Both the position numbers and the translations under genes were made by a program. The notes under the pieces were generated by a model. That model worked only from the letters and a program-made list of their open reading frames with translations. It was not told where the DNA came from and made no database searches. Positions 21,489-33,676 of a stretch of 64,000 nucleotides of DNA are shown piece after piece. The first letter of the stretch is position 1, and the number at the start of each line of letters is the position of its first letter. The stretch is from Candidatus Atelocyanobacterium thalassae (GTDB lineage: Bacteria > Cyanobacteriota > Cyanobacteriia > Cyanobacteriales > Microcystaceae), in contig JBFPLN010000005.1 of NCBI GenBank assembly GCA_051971635.1, forward strand, positions 105,182-169,181, in the 5' to 3' direction.

Positions 21489-23483
21489 ATGTATCAATTA
21501 AAAGCGCCTTTCAAACCCACAGGAGATCAGCCGAGGGCTATTGAAGAGTTAATATTATCTTTGCAAATAGGAAATAAATTTCAGACCTTATTAGGAGCAA
21601 CTGGAACAGGTAAAACATTTTCTATTGCCTCAGTAATTGAAAAAATCAAAAAGCCAGTCCTAATCTTAGCTCATAATAAAACTTTGGCAGCTCAACTATG
21701 TAATGAATTGAGAAATTTTTTTCCTAATAATGCTGTAGAGTACTTCATTAGCTACTATGATTACTATCAACCTGAAGCTTATATTCCTCTCAGCGACACT
21801 TATATTGAAAAGAGTGCTTCGATTAATGATGAAATAGATATGTTGAGGCATTCAGCTACTCGTTCATTGTTTGAACGAAAGGATGTAATTATTGTTGCAT
21901 CTATTAGCTGTATTTATGGATTAGGAATGCCTTCCGAGTATCTAAAAGCTTCTATTTCTTTACAAAGAGGGGTAGAGATTAACCAACGTCAACTTCTCAG
22001 AGATTTGGTTAATATTCAATATTCTAGAAATGATATGGAGTTAAAACGTGGAAATTTTAGAGTCAAAGGAGATATCTTAGAAATTGTTCCTGCTTATGAA
22101 GATCGAGTTATTAGAGTTGATTTTTTTGGGGATGAAGTCGATAGCATTCGATATCTACATCCTCTTTCAGGAAATATTTTAGAAGATCTTGACAAAATTA
22201 ACATTTATCCAGCACGTCACTTTGTTACACGGAAAGAAAAATTAGATGTTTCCTGTAAAGCCATTTCTGAAGAACTAGAGCAGCAAATTACTTATTTTGA
22301 AAAAGCAGGAAAACTTTTAGAATCACAGCGTATAAGCCAAAGAACGCGATATGACTTAGAGCTATTGCGTGAAGTAGGATATTGTAATGGTGTTGAAAAT
22401 TATTCTCGCCACTTAGCAGGAAGAGAACCTGGAGAACCTCCTGAGTGCTTAATTGACTATCTGCCTCAAGATTGGTTATTAATCATAGATGAATCTCATG
22501 TGACAATACCACAAATTCGGGGAATGTATAACGGAGATCAAGCAAGAAAAAAAGTTTTAATAGAGCATGGCTTTCGTCTCCCTAGTGCAGCTGACAATCG
22601 CCCTCTTAAATCAGACGAATTTTGGAGTAAGATTAAACAGTGTATTTTTGTTTCTGCTACCCCTGGTGAGTGGGAGCTTGAAAAGTCGAAAGGTAAAGTT
22701 GTTGAACAGGTAATCCGGCCAACAGGTATACTTGATCCAGAAATATTTGTAAGGCCCACAAAAAATCAAGTAGATGATCTATTAGGAGAAATTAAAGATA
22801 GAGTACAAAAGAAAGAGAGAACTTTAATTACTACCTTAACAAAACGTATGGCAGAAGATTTAACTGAATATTTTCAAGAAAGAGAGATTAAAGTTCGATA
22901 TCTGCATTCTGAAATTAAATCTATTGAGCGTATTGAAATTCTACAAGACTTAAGAGACGGTAAATTTGATGTCTTAATAGGAGTTAACTTACTAAGAGAA
23001 GGATTGGATTTACCAGAAGTCTCTCTAGTAGCTATATTGGATGCAGATAAAGAAGGTTTCTTAAGAGGTGAAAAATCATTGATACAAATTATCGGTCGTG
23101 CAGCTCGACATATTAACGGCCAAGCCATTTTATATGGAGATAAACTTACAGATAGTATGATTAGAGCTATAGAAAAAACAAAAAGAAGAAGACATATACA
23201 ATCACTACATAACAGCAGAAATAATATTACTCCCAAGTCTATAGTTAATCAAAGTGGTAATTCAATTTTAAATTATCTTGATATTTCTCGCAGTTTAGAT
23301 GCTGAGCAACTTGACAAAATTTATGCTCACGTAGAGGAAATATCTTTAGACAAAATACCTGATTTAATTAAACAATTAGAATCTAAAATGGAAGAATCTG
23401 CTAATCAATTAAATTTTGAAATAGCAGCAAAATATAGGGATCAAATAAAACATCTTAGAGATAAGATTTTAGGTGCATTTTAA
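21489..23483 (+). CDS. uvrB: Excinuclease ABC subunit B
   Basis: [41 protein letters not shown]-terminal UVR domain. Confidence 0.98.
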   Translation: MYQLKAPFKPTGDQPRAIEELILSLQIGNKFQTLLGATGTGKTFSIASVIEKIKKPVLILAHNKTLAAQLCNELRNFFPNNAVEYFISYYDYYQPEAYIPLSDTYIEKSASINDEIDMLRHSATRSLFERKDVIIVASISCIYGLGMPSEYLKASISLQRGVEINQRQLLRDLVNIQYSRNDMELKRGNFRVKGDILEIVPAYEDRVIRVDFFGDEVDSIRYLHPLSGNILEDLDKINIYPARHFVTRKEKLDVSCKAISEELEQQITYFEKAGKLLESQRISQRTRYDLELLREVGYCNGVENYSRHLAGREPGEPPECLIDYLPQDWLLIIDESHVTIPQIRGMYNGDQARKKVLIEHGFRLPSAADNRPLKSDEFWSKIKQCIFVSATPGEWELEKSKGKVVEQVIRPTGILDPEIFVRPTKNQVDDLLGEIKDRVQKKERTLITTLTKRMAEDLTEYFQEREIKVRYLHSEIKSIERIEILQDLRDGKFDVLIGVNLLREGLDLPEVSLVAILDADKEGFLRGEKSLIQIIGRAARHINGQAILYGDKLTDSMIRAIEKTKRRRHIQSLHNSRNNITPKSIVNQSGNSILNYLDISRSLDAEQLDKIYAHVEEISLDKIPDLIKQLESKMEESANQLNFEIAAKYRDQIKHLRDKILGAF

Positions 23484-23526
23484 AAGTTATTTTCTTAATA
23501 TATGTGTATAAAAATATTAAGATTTA

Positions 23527-23607
23527 TGCGGATGGCGAGATTTGAACTCGCATGGCCTAAGCCACACGCCCCTCAAGCGTGCGTGTCTACCGTTCCACCA
23601 CATCCGC
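23527..23607 (-). tRNA. trnL: tRNA-Leu(GAG)
   Basis: Reverse complement GCGGATGTGGTGGAACGGTAGACACGCACGCTT-GAG-GGGCGTG...GCGAGTTCAAATCTCGCCATCCGCA; long variable arm; CCA not encoded. Confidence 0.96.
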
Positions 23608-23839
23608 AGAATCTATATCGTAACATAAACTAGATAAAAAACTTACAAAGTGCTATCAGTTATTTGTATATAAATCAAATTCTTGCATAAAAAAGTGAAA
23701 TTAAAAAATATCACATTAGAATTAAATTATTTACTTATAATTATCTACTTTGATTATATTCAATAAAATAAGTAGTTAATTAGTTCTCTGTTAAAAGGAC
23801 TAATATTTAGAAAATTTTACGAACCTTTCTTGAAATAGA

Positions 23840-24535
23840 TTAAATCCTACCATAATAAGCAACCTTTTTATCAGATTGCCAGGCCCATATTTGATCTCCT
23901 AGAGAAAAATGCCACCATTCATTAGGGTGTCTTAAAAATCCATAATTACCCATGACTTTATTTAAAATTTCTCTTCTCTGACTATAAGCTATTGCTTTAA
24001 AATTATTGTTTTGGGAATAATAGTAAGGCTGCGATTTTTCAGATAAGTCATCAATTTCACTGCCCATATCTAATAAGTTTCCTTTAGAATCAACTAAGGT
24101 TAAATCAATAGCTGCTCCAGTACTATGTGGTGGTGGAGTAGCATAGTCTTCAGAAGGAATGGCCCAAACCTTGTAGACTTGATCAAGAAGTTCTTTTCTT
24201 TCTAAAATAGATAATCGTCTTAAAATTAACTTTCTTTTTTTAATTAAACGAGAAAAAGTATAATCTACCATGAATTGTTGAACACTTATAGGACGATAAG
24301 CATCAAAGATATGGAGTTTCCACCCTCCATATCTTGTTTGTAAATGGTTTTGTACATCTTGAAGAGCTTTTAAAACTCCAGAACGCAAATAATAAGGTGA
24401 TTTGTTTTCATACATAGCTCCTAATCCTTTGTAAGGATGTGGATTTTGAACAGAAAAATATTTTAAAGGAATAGGAACAAGATCGTCTTGACAATCTTGA
24501 ATTAAGATATTGCTATAGTTTTTTATCGAGTTCAT
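23840..24535 (-). CDS. ddpX: D-Ala-D-Ala dipeptidase (M15D, VanX/DdpX-like)
   Basis: FDAYRP, PPHSTGAAIDLT, EWWHFS. Confidence 0.9.
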   Translation of the reverse strand: MNSIKNYSNILIQDCQDDLVPIPLKYFSVQNPHPYKGLGAMYENKSPYYLRSGVLKALQDVQNHLQTRYGGWKLHIFDAYRPISVQQFMVDYTFSRLIKKRKLILRRLSILERKELLDQVYKVWAIPSEDYATPPPHSTGAAIDLTLVDSKGNLLDMGSEIDDLSEKSQPYYYSQNNNFKAIAYSQRREILNKVMGNYGFLRHPNEWWHFSLGDQIWAWQSDKKVAYYGRI

Positions 24536-24647
24536 GTAAATTTTTTTTTATTATTTACTTATAACTTAAAAGATCATTTATTTCGCTATTACACAATCAT
24601 AAAAAAATTAATAGATATCAATTATGGAGAAAATTATTAATTAAAGA

Positions 24648-26312
24648 CTATTGATCTGTATCTTTGCTCTTAGAACGATTAATCGTCCAAAATGGAAATG
24701 TTTGATTTAAGTTAAAAATAGTTCCACTAATATTATTTTGAATAAATATATATTCTTTAGTTTGCCAAAGAGGAATATAAGGAACGTCTTCAACTAGAAT
24801 TTCCTGAATTTTAACAAAAACTTCTTCTCTTTTTCGTGAATCTAATATTTTCCGTTGTTGAATAATTAGTTGGTTCATTTTTTCATTATGATAAAATGAA
24901 CCTTGAACTTGGGAACTTCCTTCTATGCATCTTTGTTCTGCTGTTCCTTGGGTGCAACTTAAGAAAGGGTAAATATAATTATCTGCATCTAAAAAATCTG
25001 GATACCAACTAGAAAGAATTGACTGATAGGAACCTAGACTTAAATTTTTAAAAAAAGCTACTGAAGATATATTATTAGGAATAAACTTTAATAATCCTCC
25101 TAATTCTCTTTTTGCTAAGCTTTTAAGAATAGCGGCCGCTTGACTCATATTTACTGAATCAGAAGAGTACCATAGTTCAACTATAGCAGGATTTTTTTCA
25201 GAAAATCCTGCTTCAATTAAAAGTTGCTTAGCTTCATTTATATTATTAAGTTTATTTTTAAAAACAGGACGAGAAACGCTGAAAGATTCTGGGATTAAAG
25301 TATATACAGGTCTACTTTGTCCTCTAAAGATACGTTCGTTAAGCAGTTCTCGATCTATTAATGCTGCAATTGCTTGTCTGACAACTTTTTGATCAGTAAA
25401 TTCTGTATTGACATTTAAAGCCATAAAGGTGATATTCGTACTTAAGTTTTCGATAACTTTTCCTTTTCCCATACGAGATTCTTTTAATAAATGCTCAATT
25501 TGTTCAGTAGTGAGAGACTGATAAGCAATATCGATACTTTGAGTACGGAAAGCATTAAAAAGATTAGCTGCATTATTCGGATAAATTTGTAAATTAATGC
25601 CTTTGTTTTTAGGTTTTTCTCCCCAGTAATCATCAAAGATGTCTAATTCTAATAAACCAGTACGAAAATTTCTTAACCTATACGGCCCTGTCCCGACAAA
25701 ACTGTTTGGAGTAAATTTTCCTTTGCCTATTTGATAAGCTTTAGGAGATATTGCACAAATTCCAGGAAAAGCTAAAAGAGCAGGAAAAGCAGAAAAAGGC
25801 TCTTTTAATGTAATAATTAGCTCATAATCTCCATTAGTTTCTATTTTTTCAATAGTGTTAGTTAATAGAAAAGAGGGCTTTCCTCCATTAGCCATAAATC
25901 TCTCTAAAGAAAAAGCCATCGCTTCGGCATTGAAAGATGTCCCATCGTGAAATTTCACCCCTCTCCTGAGATGAATAGTATAAACAAGGCCATTCTTACT
26001 AATGGTAGGCATTTCTACAGCCAATTGGGGTTTTAAGTTAGTATTCCCTAACTCATAAGTGTAAAGAGTATCGCTTAAATTATAAATAATCATCATTCCA
26101 GATAACTCATAATTGTCTGCTGGATCTATGGTACGTGGCTGAAAGGTCGTGCCAATAGTGATGCGGTTATCGTTATCTTCGGACAGAGGAAAAAATACTG
26201 ATTCTGATCGCTGATTGCAACTTGTTGTTAATACTAAATAGGTACTGAGAAATGATAGGGTTATTAGCCTTCTTACCTTATGTGACTGTTTCCAAAACCC
26301 ATTTGTAATCAT
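24648..26312 (-). CDS. Peptide ABC transporter substrate-binding lipoprotein (family 5)
   Basis: Lipobox-like LTTSC, YTIHLRRGVKFHDGT, VGTGPY, VPYIPLW. Confidence 0.9.
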   Translation of the reverse strand: MITNGFWKQSHKVRRLITLSFLSTYLVLTTSCNQRSESVFFPLSEDNDNRITIGTTFQPRTIDPADNYELSGMMIIYNLSDTLYTYELGNTNLKPQLAVEMPTISKNGLVYTIHLRRGVKFHDGTSFNAEAMAFSLERFMANGGKPSFLLTNTIEKIETNGDYELIITLKEPFSAFPALLAFPGICAISPKAYQIGKGKFTPNSFVGTGPYRLRNFRTGLLELDIFDDYWGEKPKNKGINLQIYPNNAANLFNAFRTQSIDIAYQSLTTEQIEHLLKESRMGKGKVIENLSTNITFMALNVNTEFTDQKVVRQAIAALIDRELLNERIFRGQSRPVYTLIPESFSVSRPVFKNKLNNINEAKQLLIEAGFSEKNPAIVELWYSSDSVNMSQAAAILKSLAKRELGGLLKFIPNNISSVAFFKNLSLGSYQSILSSWYPDFLDADNYIYPFLSCTQGTAEQRCIEGSSQVQGSFYHNEKMNQLIIQQRKILDSRKREEVFVKIQEILVEDVPYIPLWQTKEYIFIQNNISGTIFNLNQTFPFWTINRSKSKDTDQ

Positions 26313-26609
26313 ATTCTATATTTTTTATAAGTAAATTTATCTTTTTTATGTTTAGGAGAAATGATTTTTTAAATTTTAAAAGTAAAAGTTCATAATTTAA
26401 TTATAAATATTTAATATTAGTTTGACTAAGGTTTTAATAAATTTTTAAAAAATAGAAATCATTAACACTATAAGACTATAAAATTATTTTTACTAAAAAA
26501 ATAAAAAAATATAGTTTTAATTGTAAGATTATTTATTTAGTTTATATAAGCTAAAGATTAGCAGAGCCTGTTACGATAGACTTTAGTAAGTTAAATTCTA
26601 ATTTTGAAA

Positions 26610-27773
26610 ATGACACATATAAGTAGTATTTTGCCTCATGGTGGTCAATTAGTTGATCGTATTGCATCTTCAAATAAAAGAGAAGAATTTTTATCTCAAA
26701 AAGATAGCTTACCAAGATTAGCATTAGAAGAACGTACTATTTCTGATCTCATTATGATAGCCATTGGAGGATTTAGTCCTCTCACAGGTTTTATGGGAAA
26801 AGATGACTACCAGTCGGTAGTTCAAAATATGCATTTAAATAACGGAATTCCTTGGTCAATTCCAATTACACTACCTGTTCAGGAAGACATTGCAAATTCT
26901 TTCAAAGAAGGAGAATTAATTAGGTTAGATAATTTGAATGGCGAATTTATCGGAGTTCTAGAATTAACTCAAAAATATGAATATGAAAAAAATAAAGAAG
27001 CCATAAACGTTTATAAAACTGAAGATGATAAACATCCTGGAGTCCAAGTATTATATAAACAAGGAAAAATTAATCTAGCTGGGCCTATATGGTTATTAAA
27101 ACGAAATGAGAACGAACTATTTCCAAAATATCAAATAGATCCCAAGGCATCTAGAAAATTATTTCAGGAAAAAAAATGGTCTACTATAGTCGGATTCCAA
27201 ACGCGTAATCCAATTCATCGAGCTCATGAGTACATTCAAAAATGTGCTTTAGAGATTGTAGATGGTTTATTTTTACATCCTTTGGTTGGTGCTACCAAGA
27301 GTGATGATATCCCTGCAGATGTCAGGATGAGGTGCTACGAAATTATGATAGATAATTATTTTCCTCAAGAAAGAGTCATATTAGCGATTAATCCATCAGC
27401 TATGCGATATGCAGGTCCTAGAGAAGCAATATTTCATGCAATTATACGTAAGAATTATGGTTGTACTCACTTTATAGTGGGTAGAGATCATGCAGGAGTT
27501 GGTGATTACTACGGGACTTATGATGCTCAAGACATCTTTAACGAATTTGATTCAAGTGCATTAGGTATCATCCCAATGAAATTTGAGCATGCTTTTTATT
27601 GCAAACAAACACAGCAAATGGCTACTAGCAAAACAAGTCCTAGCAAAGAAGATCAACGAATTCATCTATCAGGAACTAAAGTTAGGGAAATGTTAAGAAA
27701 TGGAGAAATGCCACCTACGCAATTTTCTCGCCCGGAAGTTGCTTCAGAACTCATAAAAGCAATGAACAATTGA
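26610..27773 (+). CDS. sat: Sulfate adenylyltransferase (ATP sulfurylase)
   Basis: [50 protein letters not shown] 26610 or TTG 26604. Confidence 0.97.
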   Translation: MTHISSILPHGGQLVDRIASSNKREEFLSQKDSLPRLALEERTISDLIMIAIGGFSPLTGFMGKDDYQSVVQNMHLNNGIPWSIPITLPVQEDIANSFKEGELIRLDNLNGEFIGVLELTQKYEYEKNKEAINVYKTEDDKHPGVQVLYKQGKINLAGPIWLLKRNENELFPKYQIDPKASRKLFQEKKWSTIVGFQTRNPIHRAHEYIQKCALEIVDGLFLHPLVGATKSDDIPADVRMRCYEIMIDNYFPQERVILAINPSAMRYAGPREAIFHAIIRKNYGCTHFIVGRDHAGVGDYYGTYDAQDIFNEFDSSALGIIPMKFEHAFYCKQTQQMATSKTSPSKEDQRIHLSGTKVREMLRNGEMPPTQFSRPEVASELIKAMNN

Positions 27774-27923
27774 AATTAATAAGTTAAAAGGAGTCAGAAT
27801 AAAGATTATTATTAATTTTTTAACTCACTCCTTAAAAACGTTATAATTACAGTATATAATTCAATCCATACATTGTAGAGTAAGTTTTATAGCGTTATTT
27901 CCCCAAGAGAGCAAATAGGAATC

Positions 27924-30152
27924 ATGAAATGGGATCGACGAACTTTTTTACAGACCTTACTCACCTGGGGGATTGCTCAGGGAAGTATTATATGGCCAAG
28001 CTACAATAGTAGACTTTATAAATACCATAAGGCCTTAGCAGAATCCACAAATCGTAAGTTAGCTTTATTAATTGGTATTAATACTTATACCAAAGGTCTT
28101 AGTTTGAAAGGCTGCCTAACCGATGTTGAGATACAAAAGGATTTATTAGTTAATCGTTTTGGCTTTCACCCAAAAAATATTCTTACCTTAGTTAATGAAC
28201 AAGCTACTTGTCAAAATATTAAGAATGCTTTTATAGAACATTTAGTGAATCAGGCCAAAGCAGGTGATGTTGTCTTAGTTCACTTTAGTGGTTATGGAGC
28301 CCAAGTTAAAATTCCTCAAAGTAGAATATCTACTGTTTCAAACCATCCAATTTTGACTCAAGGAATTATTCCTAGTATAGGTAACCAAACAACTAAGCAT
28401 ATAAATCTCACCAACAGTATTCTTCAAGAAACACTATGTTTATTTGGGAAACTAATAGATACAGAAAAATTAACTATGGTTTTTGATACTAGTTATCATA
28501 GTACTGGAGAAATCAATCAAGGAAATTTGAGAGTACGCTCACTACCATATCAATTATTAGAAACAGATATAGATGAGTTAATTCTGCAAACAGAATTAAA
28601 AAATAAAATCCAGAATGATAAAGTTTCAGCTAACTGTGGAATTATTTTATCTGCTGCTGGGAAAAATCAAATTGCTACAGAAATTAAAGGAAATGGTTTT
28701 AGTGCAGGGCTCTTCACATATGCATTAACTCAATATTTATGGTCAGTTACTCCTGCTAGTCAGATTAATATAGCTCTAAACAAAGCTACAGAAGAAATTC
28801 TTCCAATCATGGGAGAAAGCCAGAAACCAGAACAAAAAGATAGTGCTCAAAACTCTTTTCTTGCATATCATCTTTTGCCTACTAATTTCCAAGGAGCAGA
28901 GGCTTTAATTAGTCATGCTGAAGATCTTGACAATATTCAAATTATTTTTACTGGATTTTCGGCTAATATTCTTAGACATTATGGACTAAATTCTATTTTT
29001 CACACTATTTCTTCCAATTCATTATCTTTTTTTCAATTACATTCTCATGATGGATTGAAGGGTAAAGTACACCAAATTCTTAAAGGAGTAAAAAATTATC
29101 AACCTAGTCTAACAGGTCAATTATTACAAGAAGCAGTTCGTTGCTTACCACGCACATTAGGATTAACTGTTGCCCTTGATTCAAAGTTACAAAGAATTGA
29201 AAGAGTGGATGCTACCAGCGCTTTTTCTGTAATTGATATCGTATCAGATATTACTAATGATGAAGAAGAACCTGTTGATTGCATTTTAGGGCTACTTGTT
29301 TCATTTTCTTCTTCAACCTCTGATTCAAGACCTTTGACTTTATCAGAAAAATCAAAATACGGATTATTTCTTCCAGGTGGGGTTCAATTTCCTAATACTT
29401 CAGGTAAAACAGGAGAAGCTATTAAATCTGCCATCGAAAGATTACGTCCAAATCTGGAGAAACTTTTAGCAGTAAAATTACTAAGATTAACCGTTAATGA
29501 AGGTTCTTCTAAATTGCTTTGCTCCATAAAACTCGAAGGACTTAATCCTGAATCTTATCCAATAGATCAAAGAAGAACTACTAGAAATAAAATATTTACC
29601 TCCCAAGCAGGGGATGTTAAAGGCAACTCTCATGACGTAGCTACCCTTCAAGGATTGCCGAAGGTCGCTCGAGGTACTCGCTTACGCTGCTGCCTGTATA
29701 ATCAGGGTGACAAAAATCTTGATTTTATAATTTTCGGAATCAATAGCAACGGTAAAGTCATTGCCTATGTTCCTGCTCGCGAAGAAGGAATAGAATTAAA
29801 AACTCAAAATGCAAGTTTTTTAGAACCAGGAATAAAAAATATTATTCCTTCTATTTCAAGTGGCCTAAGTTGGACAGCATCAAGTACTAGAGGTTGGGAA
29901 CAGATCTTATCAATTGCCTCAATATACCCTTTTTACAATACCTGGCAAGCCTTAAAACAAATACCAGAATTTAAGATAGAAAAAGACCAAATTATCATTC
30001 TTGAAGATCCGTTAAGTATTGCTAAAGCGCTTCTAGAAGATTTGAATATGGCCAGTATAAAAACAAATAAGATGGTTACTTCAAGCTATGATACCTATAA
30101 CCTTGACGTTAAAACCTGGTCTACTCTGAGTTTTATTTATCAAATTATTTAA
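27924..30152 (+). CDS. Caspase-like (C14, orthocaspase-type) protein with Tat signal and substituted catalytic dyad
   Basis: MKWDRRTFLQ twin-Arg leader; RKLALLIGIN..LKGCLTDV; HFSGYG and FDTSYH where HxSGHG and DxCHS are expected. Confidence 0.85.
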   Translation: MKWDRRTFLQTLLTWGIAQGSIIWPSYNSRLYKYHKALAESTNRKLALLIGINTYTKGLSLKGCLTDVEIQKDLLVNRFGFHPKNILTLVNEQATCQNIKNAFIEHLVNQAKAGDVVLVHFSGYGAQVKIPQSRISTVSNHPILTQGIIPSIGNQTTKHINLTNSILQETLCLFGKLIDTEKLTMVFDTSYHSTGEINQGNLRVRSLPYQLLETDIDELILQTELKNKIQNDKVSANCGIILSAAGKNQIATEIKGNGFSAGLFTYALTQYLWSVTPASQINIALNKATEEILPIMGESQKPEQKDSAQNSFLAYHLLPTNFQGAEALISHAEDLDNIQIIFTGFSANILRHYGLNSIFHTISSNSLSFFQLHSHDGLKGKVHQILKGVKNYQPSLTGQLLQEAVRCLPRTLGLTVALDSKLQRIERVDATSAFSVIDIVSDITNDEEEPVDCILGLLVSFSSSTSDSRPLTLSEKSKYGLFLPGGVQFPNTSGKTGEAIKSAIERLRPNLEKLLAVKLLRLTVNEGSSKLLCSIKLEGLNPESYPIDQRRTTRNKIFTSQAGDVKGNSHDVATLQGLPKVARGTRLRCCLYNQGDKNLDFIIFGINSNGKVIAYVPAREEGIELKTQNASFLEPGIKNIIPSISSGLSWTASSTRGWEQILSIASIYPFYNTWQALKQIPEFKIEKDQIIILEDPLSIAKALLEDLNMASIKTNKMVTSSYDTYNLDVKTWSTLSFIYQII

Positions 30153-30495
30153 TTAAGCTTAGGATATATTAAAGCTAGAAAATTGAATTACTTAAATATA
30201 AGAACTTTTATTAAAAAATCATAAGGTAACTACTTATATTCCCTATGAGTAGTTAATATTTATATTAATTTTTCTCCTTAACTTTGTTAACCAATCTATT
30301 TTTTTAAATCAAATTAAAGTTATTCTAACCATAATTAGAAAATAAGATTTGATTTTAGGTTAGTTTAAACAAGGTGTGTTAACTTAGATGGGTAAAACGT
30401 ATAAGAATGAGACAAAGTCTGCTTCTGCTCATCTCCTCTTATCACGCTGCAAGTATCTGGTTCCTAAACCCTTGAGCTTGATATTATCAATTAAG

Positions 30496-32940
30496 ATGCT
30501 TTCATTTGTTCCACCACCTAATCTACCAGCCCAAGTCCAAGCAATTGTTACTCATGAAGAGAAACAATCTCAACCATTTTTGAATATCGATTCGCTATTA
30601 ATTAATTCAAAGAAATACAGTTCTTTACCAACCAAATCGAATGGTTCAAAAGATATACTATCTTCTAGAATTACCCTTAATAGTTTTAAGAATCAATTGA
30701 TTAACATAGAAAATTTTTCTGATTCAAAGGTTTTTGCCTTATCTTTATTGACAAAAAAAAATATTGATCAATTAGAAAAAGTTACTCAAAAAAAGAATTT
30801 TAATATCCTACAATCTTTCGAAAAAGATACTAATAGGTTACTAAAAAAACAAACTCCTAATGTAAGTAAAAACTTTAGTAAACAAGAAAAAAAAACATTT
30901 TTAAGTCTTGATTCAGAAAGTGAGAAACCACAACAATTAATTTCTAATATACTTATAAAAAATAAATCTTTTATAAGTCAACAAATTAAAACTGCATCTA
31001 AACTTACTCCTAAAAAAATAATTGGGGTAGTGGAATTAATTGCAGATCGTCAAGAATATGACTCTGAAAAAGAAATAGTATACGCAGAAGGAAAAGTCGT
31101 TATGCGTTTTACTAATGGAGTTTTATTAGCTGATCGTCTATGGATAAATCTCCCTAATAGGTTTGCCGTAGCTGAAGGTAATGTGGTCTTAGATCGAGGA
31201 GAACAAACATTACGAGGAGAGAGATTCGAATATTATTTTGTCCAGGATAGCGGAGTCATTCTCAATGCAAGCGGACAAATATATCAGCCCACAACAGGAC
31301 AGGATTTCACTCCTACTTTGCCTACTTCTGCTGATAGTAATTTAATTCCCAATCAAATTTTAAACGAAAGATTAGCCCTTGAACAACCATTGAAGAAAGT
31401 TACTAGGGCAGAAGGAATAAGTTATTCTTTTGGGTTATCACTAGAAGAGGATAACATTCAGAATATGGGAGCTAATGCAGGCCAACGGAATGGAGGACAA
31501 ATTAATAGAATTCGTTTTCAAGCAGAACGAATAGAATTTGATGCTAATGGTTGGCAAGCTACTAATGCTAGATTAACTAACGATCCATTTTCTCCTCCTG
31601 AAGTTGAAGTCCGTGCTGAAACAGCTACTTATAGAAATATAGCTCCTTTAATAGATGAGGTGAAACTCACTAACTCGAGAGTTGTTCTCGATCAAATAAA
31701 TTCTTTTCCAACTCAAGATCGCCTTATATTTGACCATAGAGATCGTCAACCAGGAGTTATTTCTTTTGGATTCGATGATCGCGATAGAGGAGGATTGTTT
31801 GTAGAAAGAGGATTCAATATTGTTGATACGGATAATATAAATTGGGAAATAACACCTCAATACTATATTCAGAAAGGTTTTTCTCCTCAAGGATTAACTG
31901 TTGATGATCAAAATACGGACCTGTTTCAAGAAGACAAAGATGATATCGATGTAATAAGTCCTCCTGCTTTCGGTTTGGTTAATGAAATTAACGCCAATTT
32001 AAATGAAAAAACTACGTTTTTTGCCAGAACTTCTCTTACAAGTTTAGAACTTGATGATATAGAAGATAGATTGAGAGTTAAAAGTTTTGCACAATATAGG
32101 ATTGGTAATCCAGCTACTCCCCATGATTTAAGATTTGAATATAACTATCGCGAACGTCTTTTTAATGGTTCTCTAGGATTCCAAACAGTTCGTAGTAGTG
32201 CTGGAATTCTTCTTGTTTCTCCTGATATTGCTTTGGATAAGTCAGGCCTTAGGTTAAGCTATCAAGGTTCGTTCCAAACTGTTAATGCTGATACAGATAG
32301 GCACAGTTTGCTTGGACTTAATTCTAGTGATAATCGAATTAGCTTGACTCGGCTTCAAGGGGCTGTCTCTTTAAATCGTCCATTTTTGTTATGGTATGGA
32401 AAAGCTCTTCCTCCTGATCCAGAACAAGGTTTGAAATATACTACAACTCCAGTTTTACCTTTCTTAGTTCTATCAACTGGAGTTACTGGAGTCACGAGTT
32501 TGTATGGTAATGGAGATTCTCAGCCTTCTATTTTAGGAAATATTAGATTATCTGGACAAGTTGGAAATTTTTCCAAACCATTCTTAGATTATACTGGATT
32601 TAATATTAGTTTTAGCCAAGCACTTCGAGGAGATCCCTCTCCATTTATGTTTGATCGTTTTGCAGATCTGAAAACTTTATCTTGGGGAATAAGTCAACAA
32701 TTATATGGCCCAGTTCGTCTTGGAGTACAAAGTTCTTACAATATAGATAGGGATCGCGAAATTAATACTGATTTATTCATTGAATACAGTCGTCGTACAT
32801 ATAGCGTTTTATTACGGTATAATTCAGTGTTGAAGGTTGGTTCTCTTTCCTTACGTATTAGCGACTTTAATTGGGGAGGAAATCCAGGCCCATTTGACGG
32901 TACAGGTATTAGACCTGTTATTCAAGGGATGCCTCGCTAG
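30496..32940 (+). CDS. LptD/OstA-like outer-membrane biogenesis protein (DUF3769 family)
   Basis: ELIADRQEYD, AEGKVVMRF, TNDPFSPPE, QQLYGPVRLG, EYSRRTY, RISDFNW; start MLSFVPPP at 30496 preferred (ORF open from 30388). Confidence 0.82.
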   Translation: MLSFVPPPNLPAQVQAIVTHEEKQSQPFLNIDSLLINSKKYSSLPTKSNGSKDILSSRITLNSFKNQLINIENFSDSKVFALSLLTKKNIDQLEKVTQKKNFNILQSFEKDTNRLLKKQTPNVSKNFSKQEKKTFLSLDSESEKPQQLISNILIKNKSFISQQIKTASKLTPKKIIGVVELIADRQEYDSEKEIVYAEGKVVMRFTNGVLLADRLWINLPNRFAVAEGNVVLDRGEQTLRGERFEYYFVQDSGVILNASGQIYQPTTGQDFTPTLPTSADSNLIPNQILNERLALEQPLKKVTRAEGISYSFGLSLEEDNIQNMGANAGQRNGGQINRIRFQAERIEFDANGWQATNARLTNDPFSPPEVEVRAETATYRNIAPLIDEVKLTNSRVVLDQINSFPTQDRLIFDHRDRQPGVISFGFDDRDRGGLFVERGFNIVDTDNINWEITPQYYIQKGFSPQGLTVDDQNTDLFQEDKDDIDVISPPAFGLVNEINANLNEKTTFFARTSLTSLELDDIEDRLRVKSFAQYRIGNPATPHDLRFEYNYRERLFNGSLGFQTVRSSAGILLVSPDIALDKSGLRLSYQGSFQTVNADTDRHSLLGLNSSDNRISLTRLQGAVSLNRPFLLWYGKALPPDPEQGLKYTTTPVLPFLVLSTGVTGVTSLYGNGDSQPSILGNIRLSGQVGNFSKPFLDYTGFNISFSQALRGDPSPFMFDRFADLKTLSWGISQQLYGPVRLGVQSSYNIDRDREINTDLFIEYSRRTYSVLLRYNSVLKVGSLSLRISDFNWGGNPGPFDGTGIRPVIQGMPR

Positions 32941-33019
32941 ACAAAATATCGTGATATAATAATAAGCTTGAGTTCAAAACTCATTAACACAATTCAAAGT
33001 ATAAGGACGTAAAGTTAGA

Positions 33020-33268
33020 ATGATTAAATTAAGATTAAAAAAATTTGGGAAAAAAAGAGAGGCCAGTTATAGAATAGTTGCTATAAAAAGCAGAGCTCGT
33101 AGAGATGGACGTCCTCTTGAAGAATTAGGATTTTATAATCCAAGAACTAATGAAACAAGGTTAAATATTCCTTCTATCCTAATTCGTTTAAAAAATGGTG
33201 CTCAACCAAGCGATACTGTTCGAGCTATTCTCGAAAAGGCAAAAGTTTTTGAACAAATTAATGCCTAA
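33020..33268 (+). CDS. rpsP: 30S ribosomal protein S16
   Basis: [35 protein letters not shown]. Confidence 0.98.
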   Translation: MIKLRLKKFGKKREASYRIVAIKSRARRDGRPLEELGFYNPRTNETRLNIPSILIRLKNGAQPSDTVRAILEKAKVFEQINA

Positions 33269-33668
33269 GTCTCCTGACGCATTTAGTTCTCATAATCCTA
33301 AAACTCCTGACTACCTTAAATTGGTAGAGTTTTTAATTGAACCCTTACTAGAGTCTCCAAAATCTCTAAGTATTGATTGCGAAAAAACCAACAGTAGTCA
33401 GAAAGTTTGGATAAGATTAGCGATTGACGAAGTAGACAAAGGGCGAATTTATGGAAGAGGAGGACGTAATATTCAGGCGATTCATACTGTTCTGATTACA
33501 GCGGCAAGTACTGTAGGTCAGTCGCTTTATCTTGATATTCATAATATATCTGATATAAATATTGGTTCTCAAGCCTCCCAAAAAAATCAACTTGATCGTA
33601 AAATTGCTCGACAGAATTCTCATTCTAAAAGAGACAATACATTAAAGATTGCTCTTAAAGCTCGTTAA
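33261..33668 (+). CDS. KH-domain RNA-binding protein (KhpA-like)
   Basis: [35 protein letters not shown] 33261 overlaps the rpsP stop. Confidence 0.88.
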   Translation: MPKSPDAFSSHNPKTPDYLKLVEFLIEPLLESPKSLSIDCEKTNSSQKVWIRLAIDEVDKGRIYGRGGRNIQAIHTVLITAASTVGQSLYLDIHNISDINIGSQASQKNQLDRKIARQNSHSKRDNTLKIALKAR

Positions 33669-33676
33669 TAAGAAAA

